DNA of 64,000 bases from Geopsychrobacteraceae bacterium (GCA_963662315.1 OY759353.1:2624001-2688000), one strand, 5' to 3'. Positions 29,168 through 39,460 are shown, counted from the stretch's first letter. Notes: generated from the letters alone by a model not told the origin. Made by a program: numbers and translations.

Positions 29168-30460
29168 ATGCGAATTCTGTTAATTAATCCACCGAACTGC
29201 GGGCGCAGCATTCCTGAAGAACGCTACGGGATCAGCTCGATCAAACAGATCTTCAAAGGTGAACCGCTGGCGCTTGAAACGCTGGCCGGCAACCTGCTGG
29301 ACCATGAGGTCCGCATCCTTGATCTGAAAGTCGAACCGGATCAGTTATCGGCAGCGGTTAACGATTTCCACCCCGAACTGGTCGGCTTTACCGCTATGAC
29401 TTGCGAAGCCAATACGGTTCTTGCTCTGGCCGCACAGGTAAAAGCAGAATGCAACGCCCAGGTTGTCGTTGGCGGAGTACACGCGTCCTGTGATCCCCAA
29501 TTTTTCAATCACGAACAGATCGATTGGATCGTTATCGGTCTGGGCAAACAGAGCCTTTCCGAACTGATCAATGCCCTTGACTCAGGTCAAGAACCGACCA
29601 TTCCAGGCGTGGCGGCTGCAACGCCGGGCAAACCACTGCAATGGCAACCGCGTCCGTACGGCACTGCAGACCTGGTCACGCACCGTTCCACCCGCTATGA
29701 CCTGGTGGCCCGGTATCGCAGCCAATATACACTGCAGGGGCTGAACCTGCAGATGGGGCAGGTCGCGACGGCTGCCGGCTGCCCTTACAGCTGCCATTTC
29801 TGCTGTATTTCACCTGTCACCGGAGGCCGCTACCTGACCCATGAAACGGACCGTGTGATAGAGGATATTCGGGCTTTGAGCGACACTCCGGTGATCCGCC
29901 TGGTTGATGCCAACAGTTTCGGCAACCCCGATCAGGCCATGAAACTGGCAGCAGCCATTGAAGCCGCTGGAATCAGAAAACAGTACCTGGCGGATGTACG
30001 CTCTGATATGGTGGTGCGCCATCCACATATGCTCAAACGCTGGAAAGATATCGGGCTGCGTGCAGTCGTCATCGGTTTTGAAGAGATCGACGACAATGCC
30101 CTGGGGGGGATGAATAAAGCCAATTCGCAGGCCAACAACCGGGCAGCGATCCATATTCTTCACGACCTGGGTCTGGCCATTGTCGGCGATTTTATTATTT
30201 CTCCTGATTATGAAGAGTCTGACTTTGACCGGCTAGGTCAGTTTGTTCGTGAACAATCGATCGATCTGCCCATGTATACGGTCATGACACCTCTTCCCGG
30301 CACACCGCTTTTTATGCGGATGCAGAATCAGATTATCATTCATGATCTTGATTATTACACCCTGACCAATGCCGTTACGCCAACGCGTCTTGATGAAGAA
30401 TTATTTTATCAGCGCTATGCGGCATTGCTTCAGGAAGGTCATAAAAACGCAAAGGTTTAA
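29168..30460 (+). CDS. B12-binding domain radical SAM protein (1 of 4)
   Basis: N-terminal cobalamin-binding-like domain (PLAL..LA, VGGVHAS); CPYSCHFC; TPLPGTPL. Confidence 0.88.
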   Translation: MRILLINPPNCGRSIPEERYGISSIKQIFKGEPLALETLAGNLLDHEVRILDLKVEPDQLSAAVNDFHPELVGFTAMTCEANTVLALAAQVKAECNAQVVVGGVHASCDPQFFNHEQIDWIVIGLGKQSLSELINALDSGQEPTIPGVAAATPGKPLQWQPRPYGTADLVTHRSTRYDLVARYRSQYTLQGLNLQMGQVATAAGCPYSCHFCCISPVTGGRYLTHETDRVIEDIRALSDTPVIRLVDANSFGNPDQAMKLAAAIEAAGIRKQYLADVRSDMVVRHPHMLKRWKDIGLRAVVIGFEEIDDNALGGMNKANSQANNRAAIHILHDLGLAIVGDFIISPDYEESDFDRLGQFVREQSIDLPMYTVMTPLPGTPLFMRMQNQIIIHDLDYYTLTNAVTPTRLDEELFYQRYAALLQEGHKNAKV

Positions 30461-30466
30461 CCCGAT

Positions 30467-31615
30467 ATGCCCGTTTTCATAACCGATCTAGCCACCTTTC
30501 TCCCCAACAAACCGATCTCCAACCAACAGATGGAAGAGATCCTCGGCATGGTGAACCAGGTTCCGTCACGCACTCGCAAGATCATTCTGCGCAACAACAA
30601 GATTACCACGCGCTATTATGCTATCGATCCAGAGACCGGAGCGATTACTCACACCAATGCTCAATTAACCGCAGAAGCCATTCGCAAACTGCGTCCCTAT
30701 CCTGATTTTTCCGTTGCGGATATCGAGTGTTTAAGTTGTGGTACCTCATCACCGGACCAATTACTTCCCGGACACGCCCCCATGGTTCACGGTGAACTTG
30801 GCGGCAGCCCCTGTGAAGTCCTCAGCGCTTCCGGAATCTGCACCTCAGGGATGAGTGCCTTCAAATATGCCTGGATGAGCGTCGCCCTCGGGCTGACCCA
30901 AAATGCCGTCGCCACCGGATCAGAAACCTCATCAACCTTCATGCGGGCAGGCTTGGCCGGAGGGGTCGATGCGGAAAAAGCTGCCGCGTTGGAGCATCAG
31001 CCGACCCTTTCTTTTGAAGCTGATTTCTTACGTTGGATGCTTTCGGATGGAGCCGGGGCGGCGTTTTTGAGTAACGCTCCTGCCCGCGACGGAATTTCCC
31101 TTAAAGTCGAATGGGTCGAATTACTCTCATTTGCCCACGAATTTGAACCGTGCATGTATGCTGGCGCTGACAAGCTCAGCGACGGAACATTACGTGGTTG
31201 GCGGGAATATGACAACCTTGAAACGGTCGTGCAGAAGCGCAGCTTTCTGGTCAAGCAGGATGTCAAACTGCTCAATGAAAACATCGTTGATGTCGCGGTC
31301 AAAAAGATGCTGGCCCGTCTGGTTGCCAAACATCAGTTAACTCCGGAGCAAATTGACTGGTTTCTCCCCCATTACTCGTCCGACTACTTCCGGCCGGAAC
31401 TGGCTGCTAAGATGGCAGCGATTAATTTCGCCATCCCTGAAGAGCGCTGGTTCACCAACCTGAAGGAAAAAGGCAATACCGGATCAGCATCGATCTACGT
31501 GATTCTGGATGAACTGTTCCACTCGGGCCGCCTTAGAAAAGGTGAAAAAATTCTCTGCTTTATCCCGGAAAGCGGCCGCTTCTCCATGTGCTATGCTCTT
31601 TTCACCGTTGTTTAG
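30467..31615 (+). CDS. darB: DarB/StlD-like beta-ketoacyl-ACP synthase III family condensing enzyme
   Basis: Cys-His-Asn triad (GICTSG, LPHYSS, GNTGSAS); FLRWMLSDGAGA and PESGRFS motifs as I recall them for DarB. Confidence 0.8.
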   Translation: MPVFITDLATFLPNKPISNQQMEEILGMVNQVPSRTRKIILRNNKITTRYYAIDPETGAITHTNAQLTAEAIRKLRPYPDFSVADIECLSCGTSSPDQLLPGHAPMVHGELGGSPCEVLSASGICTSGMSAFKYAWMSVALGLTQNAVATGSETSSTFMRAGLAGGVDAEKAAALEHQPTLSFEADFLRWMLSDGAGAAFLSNAPARDGISLKVEWVELLSFAHEFEPCMYAGADKLSDGTLRGWREYDNLETVVQKRSFLVKQDVKLLNENIVDVAVKKMLARLVAKHQLTPEQIDWFLPHYSSDYFRPELAAKMAAINFAIPEERWFTNLKEKGNTGSASIYVILDELFHSGRLRKGEKILCFIPESGRFSMCYALFTVV

Positions 31616-31755
31616 GTGACAAGCGCAGTAGAGGCTGTTGGTTCCAAAACCCCGTCAAGCAGAACGGCATCATGCATTGCAACAAAAAACTGGCGCAATG
31701 CTATAATGTGTTCCAGACATTGCAAACATAACCGAGCCTTTATATTCAATCAGAT

Positions 31756-32538
31756 TCAGCTTTTGGGGTAACCGATCAGGTAGGTATTTTTCAGTGGGGT
31801 CAATGGTGACGCGCTCTCGCCAATTTCCCAGCGGTAGTCATCTTTGTTGTCGACCATATCGACAATGGTTTGCAGCTCAGCGTGGGAATAAGTGCGCAGC
31901 ATCGACACGAAACTGTCCCACATAAAGATCAATGGCACCACAGGTATCAAATAGGACCACAATAACCGCCCCCAGCGGAACGGCCTTTTTCTCAATTGCT
32001 TGGCAAACAGGATAAACGTCAGCCCCGGAAGCAGCAGAAACTGACTCAGACGCCGCTCACTGAATTCAAATATGCCAATGGCTTTTTTCTTGTCGACGGC
32101 ATCCTGCAAAATTGCCGCAGCCTGCCCTTTGGAAAAATGATGAAAACTGGAAAACAGGATTCTGACCCCATCCAGGGTAGGATCGATATCCAGAACATTA
32201 ACCGGTATAGAGGAGTAGCGCAGCAAAGGGTGCTGATCTGCTATAGTTTCCAGACTGGTATGATTCGGAAACAGATCGGTCAGTACGATCTTTTCAATAC
32301 TGTCTTCCGGGTTTTTAATCAGCGCCAGAAGATCAAGCCACGGGCCACTCCCCCCTGAGCACAGATCAAGAACCGTTTTACTGGCAGACTGTTGGATCAA
32401 CCACATCAGTTCCGGAATAATCGGAGAGTAGGCATTCATATCCACAATCAGAAACTGCAGCGAATCGGTAACCTGATCTCGCAGGAATGCAGGCAACCAT
32501 GGTTGGTCTTCTATTTCAATCAGTCGTGGCCAACGCAT
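31756..32538 (-). CDS. Class I SAM-dependent methyltransferase
   Basis: VLDLCSGGSGP motif I, LTDLFP, SFHHF. Confidence 0.75.
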   Translation of the reverse strand: MRWPRLIEIEDQPWLPAFLRDQVTDSLQFLIVDMNAYSPIIPELMWLIQQSASKTVLDLCSGGSGPWLDLLALIKNPEDSIEKIVLTDLFPNHTSLETIADQHPLLRYSSIPVNVLDIDPTLDGVRILFSSFHHFSKGQAAAILQDAVDKKKAIGIFEFSERRLSQFLLLPGLTFILFAKQLRKRPFRWGRLLWSYLIPVVPLIFMWDSFVSMLRTYSHAELQTIVDMVDNKDDYRWEIGESASPLTPLKNTYLIGYPKS

Positions 32539-32573
32539 GCAACTGCACCTGAAAGTAAACGTTTGAAAGGTTT

Positions 32574-32840
32574 TTAAGAAGCTTGATTCTGGCGGATATA
32601 ATCAGCCAGGCAGGTAACCGATTGTAATACCTCACGGCTGGTATCTTTACCACCAATCCTGACATTGTATTTTTTCTGTACCGCAACCACAACTTCAACC
32701 GCATCAAGCGAATCCAGCCCCATTGAAGACTGAGGACCAATCAGTGGCGCATCGGCATCGACCTCATCTGCAGAAATATCATCAACACTGCACAGATCGA
32801 GGATCATGACAATCAGTTCTTGTTCCAGGCTATCCGACAT
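32574..32840 (-). CDS. Acyl carrier protein (DarC-like)
   Basis: Acidic 88 aa; GLDSLDAVE phosphopantetheine site. Confidence 0.92.
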   Translation of the reverse strand: MSDSLEQELIVMILDLCSVDDISADEVDADAPLIGPQSSMGLDSLDAVEVVVAVQKKYNVRIGGKDTSREVLQSVTCLADYIRQNQAS

Positions 32841-32888
32841 AACACAAACTCCAATTTCAATATTTATTCAGCCCTTTAAATAAAAGGC

Positions 32889-34193
32889 CTAATTTCTTTT
32901 GCGGCGCTGCTGAAAAATCAGCAGCGCCGCGATAATACAGGTGCCAAAAAATAGCAAAAGCCGGATCACATCAGATACGACACTATTCAGATCACCATGG
33001 CGAACGAAAATATCAAGAAAAGCGTTTAAACCCCAACCCAGCGGGGAAAAAGAGCTCATGGCCTGCATGGCCCGTGGCATAACATATACCGGAACCATGA
33101 CGCCGCCGGCAGCGGCGGCGATAACCACTGACACCGAGCCAAAAGTCGAGGCCTGGTCATAACTGCGCGCTGCAACCCCCACCAGAATCCCGTATCCACA
33201 GGCCGCCAAAGCCGCACTGAAAGCGACCAGCAACAAAGCCAGTGGTGCTGAGCCCAGTTCCAAAACCGGGGTCCCGAAAGCAGGCAGGATATAGCGCCCG
33301 ACCAGCAACATCAGCCCAAACTGAAGCAAGCAGACCATAACATAGGCCAGCACCTTGCCCAACAACAGACTGCAACTGCTGACCGGCATCGTCAATAAAC
33401 GGTTTAAGGTCCCTTCCTGACGCTCACGAATCAGGGCTCCACCCAGGGGAATAACGATAAAAAACATTCCAAACAGGGTCCAGGCCGGAACATTCTGTTG
33501 CACCGAAGTCGGCAGTACCGGATATTTGTCACTAAACGCAGCTTCTTCATGCAGTTCCAGTAACCTCTCACCTGACCAATCCGTAGCAACCTGGGGCAAC
33601 TCAACCGGCATGCCATACTCTTTGAGCTGACGGGTCAGCTTTTGATTGGACAACCTGGAAAAGGCTTCCGCTTTATGGCGGCTTTCCAGTCCCAGCAGCC
33701 CCTGCTGAAGGGACATCAGCACAACATTCCTGTAAACGCCACGCACCGTCGGATCAAAATAAATCTGCGGTTCGGCGGCCCTGTTCACCCTGTCCGGTCG
33801 CTTCCCCTCCAGTGCCGCCTCGATCGTTGTCGTAACAGCGGCATTAAATGACGCGGAAAAATCTTCTGGAATAATCACGGCAAACTGGTAAGCACCATCC
33901 AGGACCAGTTGACGTGCCTGATCAACCGTTACAGGATCACCTTCAATAGCCGCAACCAGGGCCAGCGATCCGTTCACTTCAAGAGATCTTGCCAATTCTG
34001 CCCCAAGCGCCCCCTGATCGGCATTGACAAACACCGCTTGCGTGGCGGCATCTCCCGAAGCGCGAAACAGGTCATCCTGAACCAGTGACAGCACCAGAAC
34101 CAGCAACATCGGCATGACAAACAAAATCAACAAACCGGCCCGGTCACGGCTGAGGAGCAACAACTCTTTTTTGATATTGAAATATAACAGCAT
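32889..34193 (-). CDS. ABC-2 type transporter permease
   Basis: KELLLL.RD N-terminus, large periplasmic loop, ERQEGTL.RL, six C-terminal TM segments. Confidence 0.9.
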   Translation of the reverse strand: MLLYFNIKKELLLLSRDRAGLLILFVMPMLLVLVLSLVQDDLFRASGDAATQAVFVNADQGALGAELARSLEVNGSLALVAAIEGDPVTVDQARQLVLDGAYQFAVIIPEDFSASFNAAVTTTIEAALEGKRPDRVNRAAEPQIYFDPTVRGVYRNVVLMSLQQGLLGLESRHKAEAFSRLSNQKLTRQLKEYGMPVELPQVATDWSGERLLELHEEAAFSDKYPVLPTSVQQNVPAWTLFGMFFIVIPLGGALIRERQEGTLNRLLTMPVSSCSLLLGKVLAYVMVCLLQFGLMLLVGRYILPAFGTPVLELGSAPLALLLVAFSAALAACGYGILVGVAARSYDQASTFGSVSVVIAAAAGGVMVPVYVMPRAMQAMSSFSPLGWGLNAFLDIFVRHGDLNSVVSDVIRLLLFFGTCIIAALLIFQQRRKRN

Positions 34194-34205
34194 GGAAAAA
34201 ATTCC

Positions 34206-34964
34206 CTAGTCGCGCAACTGTTTGCCGGTCAAGGTCAGAAACAGTTGATCAAGGTTGTGACAACCTTCGTGCTCAGCGATCAAAGACTGCGGTGCTCCGG
34301 CGGCTATAACGTGCCCCCGGTCAATAACAGCAACGGTCGAACAGAGCGTTTGCACTTCTTCCATATAGTGCGACGTATAGATCAGGGTCATACCGGCCTG
34401 GTTCAGATCTCTCAGACGATCAACGATCAGGTTGCGCGATTGAGCATCAATACCAACTGTAGGTTCGTCCAGAAACAGAATTTTCGGTTCATGAAGAACC
34501 GCTACAGCCAGATTGACACGTCTTTTCATGCCGCCCGAGAAAGTATCTACGCGGCGATCGGCACAGGAACTCAACCCGACCATGTCCAGGCAGGCCTCCA
34601 GCCGTGCTTCGATGTGGTGTTTTTCCAAACGCAACATCCGCGCAAAGTAACGCAGGTTTTCGCGCGCAGTCAGGGTCTGATACAGCGCAATATCCTGGGG
34701 CACCAGTCCAATCATCTTCCTGATGGCGGTAGCGTCGCGAACAACATCCAGACCACAGACCGATGCGGACCCGCTGGTCGGTCGCAGCAACGTGCACAGT
34801 ATCGAGATCAGAGTTGTTTTACCGGCCCCATTCGGACCGAGCAGTCCGAAGATCTGCCCGTTAGGAATGCTCAGATTGAGCTTGTTGACAGCAGCGGACT
34901 GGGCCCCGCGATAGACCTTAACCAGATTGTTAACACAAATTGCATCTGTCTGCTTACTAGCCAT
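34206..34964 (-). CDS. ABC transporter ATP-binding protein
   Basis: GPNGAGKTT, FSGGMKRR, FLDEPT, TSH. Confidence 0.95.
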   Translation of the reverse strand: MASKQTDAICVNNLVKVYRGAQSAAVNKLNLSIPNGQIFGLLGPNGAGKTTLISILCTLLRPTSGSASVCGLDVVRDATAIRKMIGLVPQDIALYQTLTARENLRYFARMLRLEKHHIEARLEACLDMVGLSSCADRRVDTFSGGMKRRVNLAVAVLHEPKILFLDEPTVGIDAQSRNLIVDRLRDLNQAGMTLIYTSHYMEEVQTLCSTVAVIDRGHVIAAGAPQSLIAEHEGCHNLDQLFLTLTGKQLRD

Positions 34965-35983
34965 CACTTACTATCCACACTGCGCACGGTTGCCCGCAGA
35001 TCTTTAAACAATTGTTCTTCATGATCGGCACAGCGCCGTAGCATATCTGCCAGCGCTCCAAAAGCATCCTCTTGACTCTGGCGTCCTTTGCACAACCGGG
35101 AAGCGCTGACGGCAAACTCGCGCCACATATCCCCCGCCTCGGTACAGCGCCGCGATAGTTCCAGATAACGCTCATCATCAAACAGGGTCGCAACCTCCTG
35201 AAGAAACGCCGCATAGATAAAGCGGAAACCACCCCCGCCGGTACCAATCTCTTCCTGCATACGCACAACATGCCCCAGGTGCTCAAGGGCACTTTTTTCA
35301 CTTAGCTTCTGTGGCCAGCGGGATAACTGCCGCGCCAGCAGGCGTATCCCACGCACCCCGAGCAGCGGCATCGGTACCCGCAGCATGGTCTGGCAGACAT
35401 CCTTGATCGCACTGTGCACAGCCTTACGGATATCCGGCTGAGCGGGCATCTTTTCGACATAATAAATCCGCCCATGAGGAGCCAGTGCCCCCCGGGCAAA
35501 ACGCGCTTTGCGCAACGCCTTAGCCGCACAGCGAACCGGCTGCTCAAAAATCGGATCGCTGATCAGGTACTCGTCCCCCTCTTTCCCGTAAACAATAAGG
35601 TTGTGGGCATTGAAGTGAAATCGATAGGCGGGTGGAAAAAACGGCAGCCAGAAAACTCCGGTCTGAGCACCCACCGGTGTACCGCTGTCTAGCAGGCGAT
35701 CTAATTCCCGTTCAGCACTGGCAGGGTCTTTGAACTTCTGCTGCTTGACGGTTACCCCCAGGCGTTTGGTCGCCTTTTTAAAAATACTGCCAGGTCCAAT
35801 GCGAAACGTCGTCAACGGCAGATAGTTGATTTTGACAAACGGAGCATAGGCAAAAAAAAGGCCGCTGCCGATGCCAAAAGCAAGGGCTTCGCTGCATTCA
35901 AAACCATGATGGTTGAGAAGATTGGCAATGACACCACTTTCACAATGAGCAAACTGGCGATGCTGAAAAGCGATTTCTGTCAT
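34964..35983 (-). CDS. BtrH N-terminal / papain-like (C39-type) domain protein
   Basis: HCESG (Cys), HFNAH (His), SDP (Asp); QEEIGTGGGGFR motif; similar genes accompany dar/flexirubin clusters (recalled). Confidence 0.75.
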   Translation of the reverse strand: MTEIAFQHRQFAHCESGVIANLLNHHGFECSEALAFGIGSGLFFAYAPFVKINYLPLTTFRIGPGSIFKKATKRLGVTVKQQKFKDPASAERELDRLLDSGTPVGAQTGVFWLPFFPPAYRFHFNAHNLIVYGKEGDEYLISDPIFEQPVRCAAKALRKARFARGALAPHGRIYYVEKMPAQPDIRKAVHSAIKDVCQTMLRVPMPLLGVRGIRLLARQLSRWPQKLSEKSALEHLGHVVRMQEEIGTGGGGFRFIYAAFLQEVATLFDDERYLELSRRCTEAGDMWREFAVSASRLCKGRQSQEDAFGALADMLRRCADHEEQLFKDLRATVRSVDSK

Positions 35984-36170
35984 AAAATTATAATATCCAA
36001 CCCAAATTTACATAAAATGGCAACCAGCAAAGAACATACTTTCCAAAGAGCAACAAAACCAAGGGCCTATACAGAGGCATGCTGTAGTACGCCGCCCAGA
36101 TAAGCCCACAGGTTGACGAAGAAATTGTCGAGGAGATTACTCTCGTTGATTCCGGTGAAGCGCTTCTATT

Positions 36171-36608
36171 TTATAACTCGCGATCTTCAAACTGCTCCAA
36201 GGTCAAGTCGGGCACTTCAGGAACCGTCTGCAGCTCATCTACACTGATGCCAAAAAGTTCCGCATAGCGCAGCAGATATTTTTCACTGAGACGTTGGAAC
36301 ACCTTAGGCTGCAGGTGACGCCTGACCCGCCAGCGGGAAATTCCAGTGTATTGGGACAGCAGCGGAACATCCATCTGATACTTGAGCATATGGTAGCTCA
36401 ACGCGCTCGCGTGCCCAGCTTTTATATGCTTCAGCTCCTGCTCCAGACGTTCGACAATGGTCCCCCAGGCCTGCCGCAAAGTCACATTCTTGACCTCCCA
36501 GCCGGCACTTGAAGCCAGCGTGTAATGACCATCGTCATCAACGGCGTAGTTGACCTCACGACATCCGGCGGCCAATCCGCCCTGTTGTGGTACATCGTCT
36601 TTTTTCAT
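36171..36608 (-). CDS. Conserved hypothetical protein of DAR/flexirubin-type clusters
   Basis: MKKDDVPQ..., YAVD..G.Y....S.GWE, HTH-like C-half; co-oriented within the operon. Confidence 0.65.
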   Translation of the reverse strand: MKKDDVPQQGGLAAGCREVNYAVDDDGHYTLASSAGWEVKNVTLRQAWGTIVERLEQELKHIKAGHASALSYHMLKYQMDVPLLSQYTGISRWRVRRHLQPKVFQRLSEKYLLRYAELFGISVDELQTVPEVPDLTLEQFEDREL

Positions 36609-36611
36609 AAC

Positions 36612-37190
36612 TCAGAATAGATACCCCAAAGATACCAGGGCGGCATTGATGCCGCGGTTATCATGATGCAGGTTACCATTGGAGATATGGCTGAAACGGA
36701 TGCCGACCGTCATGGCGTTATTATTGGCCAGAGCATGTTCCATACCGACACCACACTGCGGGTTAAAATTGATCCGCAACCCCTGCCCATCAACCTGGAA
36801 ATCGGTATAAATCACCCCGATGCCTGCTTCTACATACGGTCGCCAGGCGCGACTCTGATTTCCCAGGTAATATAGCGCCAAAGCATTTCCTGCCAAAACC
36901 AGACGCGGTTCAGGATCGGTCCTTAACCCCAGGTTTACTTCCAGCTTAAGACGCAATGGTTCCGGCGCCCGGTGCCAAGCCACCTTGTCATAATCAAGCA
37001 GCGCAAAACCCTGAACAAGTACCAGGCCAAAATGATCCGGATCATAAGCGCCCCCGGTCAACAAGGAAAAACCATAGCGATTATCAGAGTCAGCGGAGTC
37101 AGCATTCTGTCCCAGGGAAGTTGAGACACTTCCGCTCAGGAAACAGAACATAAGTAACAAAGTCGCCAGCCAACGATACATCAGAATCAC
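36612..37190 (-). CDS. Acyloxyacyl hydrolase / PagL-like outer-membrane beta-barrel
   Basis: Signal peptide, PYVEAGIG, NF..Q.G.G, catalytic HISNG, N.GIN, terminal aromatic F. Confidence 0.8.
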   Translation of the reverse strand: MILMYRWLATLLLMFCFLSGSVSTSLGQNADSADSDNRYGFSLLTGGAYDPDHFGLVLVQGFALLDYDKVAWHRAPEPLRLKLEVNLGLRTDPEPRLVLAGNALALYYLGNQSRAWRPYVEAGIGVIYTDFQVDGQGLRINFNPQCGVGMEHALANNNAMTVGIRFSHISNGNLHHDNRGINAALVSLGYLF

Positions 37191-37191
37191 C

Positions 37192-38271
37192 TTAACGGAT
37201 CAAACGAACCAAACCGTAATCACCACCCGGTCCGAACTTGAGACAACTGATCCCGGCGCCCGCAGGCAGGCTCAGTTCATCCGGCTCCAAAGCAGTTCCG
37301 TCAGCGCGGGTCCCCATATAAAAATGTCCATCACGCAACGCCATAGCTGCGACAGCCAGGTCAAAGCCTGCAGCGGCCGGAAAACTGCCATAGACCGGAG
37401 CACAAGCGGCGACCTGAACATCTGTCAAACCTAATTGTCGATAGTACTGACCACAACTCTTGTGTCCGTCGGCCCCAAGGATCAAGCGCTGCGAAGCCGT
37501 TAGTGTCAACGGACACACCTCGTGGTTGCCCAGCTCGACACTGTCAATGCAGGCATAAGGGGCAGCCCCTTCTGCGCGGCTTAACAACAGAAACGCCGCC
37601 CCTTCACCGACAACAGCACTCTGCTTATTATATTCAAGAGGCTGGGGCGTCGCCGGCACATCATCACCAAAGAACTGTTTCCAGCAGTAGCGCAGCACAT
37701 CACAATACTCATCAACACAGCCAAGCAACACCCGGTCAACCCGCCCTTCAGCCAGCCACAGTTGTGCGGTCAGCAACGCGGACGGAACCGACATTTCAAA
37801 CTGAGTAACAGTCAGACTGGGTGCCGGGACACTGAGTTGCATGGACACGTGCCCGGCGGCTGCGTTGTGCACTGAATTGGAAAAGTGAATCGGTGAGCTG
37901 CACGAATATCCAAAATCGAGATACGAGTCGAGAAACTCAAAGGTCGTCTTCATCGCCCCGTAACCCGTGGCAATAACCACCCCGGTCCGCGACAGATCAG
38001 CGCCCATCAGACCGGCATCCTGCAAAGCCAGACAAGCACCCAGCAGCGACATCTTGGAAAAATGGTCTATCCGCCGTAACGCCCGCTTGGGAAAAAACTC
38101 GTACAAGCCGTCAATGGTGGCTCGATAAGCGGGAAACACATCCGAGCCACCGCTCCGGTCAACCGTCACCTGCTGCGGCGTCACTCCACCACTGGTCAAC
38201 CCGTTCACCAGTTCAGCGGCCCCGTGGCCAAAACCACCGACAACGCCAATGCCCTCAATCGCCATTTTCAT
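37192..38271 (-). CDS. Ketosynthase-like chain length factor (no catalytic Cys)
   Basis: LRR.D.FSKM, SPIHFSNSVHNAAAG; lacks ACxS and HGT; paired with the upstream KS. Confidence 0.8.
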   Translation of the reverse strand: MKMAIEGIGVVGGFGHGAAELVNGLTSGGVTPQQVTVDRSGGSDVFPAYRATIDGLYEFFPKRALRRIDHFSKMSLLGACLALQDAGLMGADLSRTGVVIATGYGAMKTTFEFLDSYLDFGYSCSSPIHFSNSVHNAAAGHVSMQLSVPAPSLTVTQFEMSVPSALLTAQLWLAEGRVDRVLLGCVDEYCDVLRYCWKQFFGDDVPATPQPLEYNKQSAVVGEGAAFLLLSRAEGAAPYACIDSVELGNHEVCPLTLTASQRLILGADGHKSCGQYYRQLGLTDVQVAACAPVYGSFPAAAGFDLAVAAMALRDGHFYMGTRADGTALEPDELSLPAGAGISCLKFGPGGDYGLVRLIR

Positions 38272-38272
38272 A

Positions 38273-39460
38273 TCAACATACTCCTTTAGCGAATATCAGT
38301 ACGGCATTGTTACCACCAAAGGCCAGCGACTCTGACAAGGCATAATCACCCGCCACAGCGGTATTGACCGCTACCGGGGTTCCCGCCAGGGCCGGGTCCG
38401 CATCGGCAAAACCGATATTGGCCGGAATTTCACCGCGCTCCATACAGGCCAGGGTAAAAACCGCTTCAAGGCCGCCAGCTGCGCCCAGGGTATGCCCGGT
38501 ATAGCCTTTGGTTGACAGAAACGGAACACCCGGTAAGACTTTTTTCAGGACGTGGCTTTCAATACGGTCATTATCCGGCGTTCCAGTGCCATGAGCATTG
38601 ACGAAGGAGATCTGCTCAGGGGTCACTCCAGCGGCTGCAAAGGCTTCATTCAAAGCCCTGATCAAACCCAGTCCATCAGGATGGGGCGCCGTCAGGTGGT
38701 GAGCATCACAAGCTGAGCCGTAGCCAATAACATAGCCATGAACCTTTTTTTCAGCACAGTCCTGAGCTCGCTCCAGAACGACGATACCTGCTCCTTCACC
38801 CAAGTTGAGCCCCTTGCGGTTGACATCAAAGGGGCGACAAGGTTCCGTTGCGGTAATCATCAATGAACTGAATCCGGCATAGGTGACCCGTGACAGCTCA
38901 TCAGCACCACCGGCGATAACCATGTCACAAGCCCCGGCCCGCAGCCAGGAAGCTCCGATACCAATAGCATCGGTGCCCGAGGAACAGGCATTGACAACGA
39001 CCTGGGTCGGGCCATTAAGCTTAAGCTGCCGACTGATAACCGCCGCAGGATTGCTGCGCCGAAAACGTTCGATAACCTGTAATGACGGATTATCCCCTTC
39101 TTTGTAGGAACGGTAAAAATCATCACAGTTTAAAGCACAGCCAACAGTCGTGCCGATACAGACACCAACCCGCTTGCCACGCAGCTGCTCTGTGCTCAGC
39201 CCGGCATGGGCCACTGCCTCCAAGGCTGCCGCCAGGGCCAGCTGACTGGTCCGGGTGTAGATGGTTTCCTGCTTATCCAGGGGCAACTGAAAATCATCAC
39301 GCAGCTCAAGAACCGGATAACTGACGGGATGATCGGTGGAAAAACGTTGCGGCGGATGCGGAAAACGCTGGTTCCGGAACATGTTGTCCATAGTTTCGGC
39401 AAGATTCATTCCTGCCCCGGACAAACAACCCAGCCCCGTTACGGCAACATCCCTGCTCAT
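38273..39460 (-). CDS. Beta-ketoacyl-ACP synthase (FabF-like, aryl polyene KS type)
   Basis: NACSSG, AHGTGT, GHTLGAAG, AFGGNN. Confidence 0.92.
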   Translation of the reverse strand: MSRDVAVTGLGCLSGAGMNLAETMDNMFRNQRFPHPPQRFSTDHPVSYPVLELRDDFQLPLDKQETIYTRTSQLALAAALEAVAHAGLSTEQLRGKRVGVCIGTTVGCALNCDDFYRSYKEGDNPSLQVIERFRRSNPAAVISRQLKLNGPTQVVVNACSSGTDAIGIGASWLRAGACDMVIAGGADELSRVTYAGFSSLMITATEPCRPFDVNRKGLNLGEGAGIVVLERAQDCAEKKVHGYVIGYGSACDAHHLTAPHPDGLGLIRALNEAFAAAGVTPEQISFVNAHGTGTPDNDRIESHVLKKVLPGVPFLSTKGYTGHTLGAAGGLEAVFTLACMERGEIPANIGFADADPALAGTPVAVNTAVAGDYALSESLAFGGNNAVLIFAKGVC

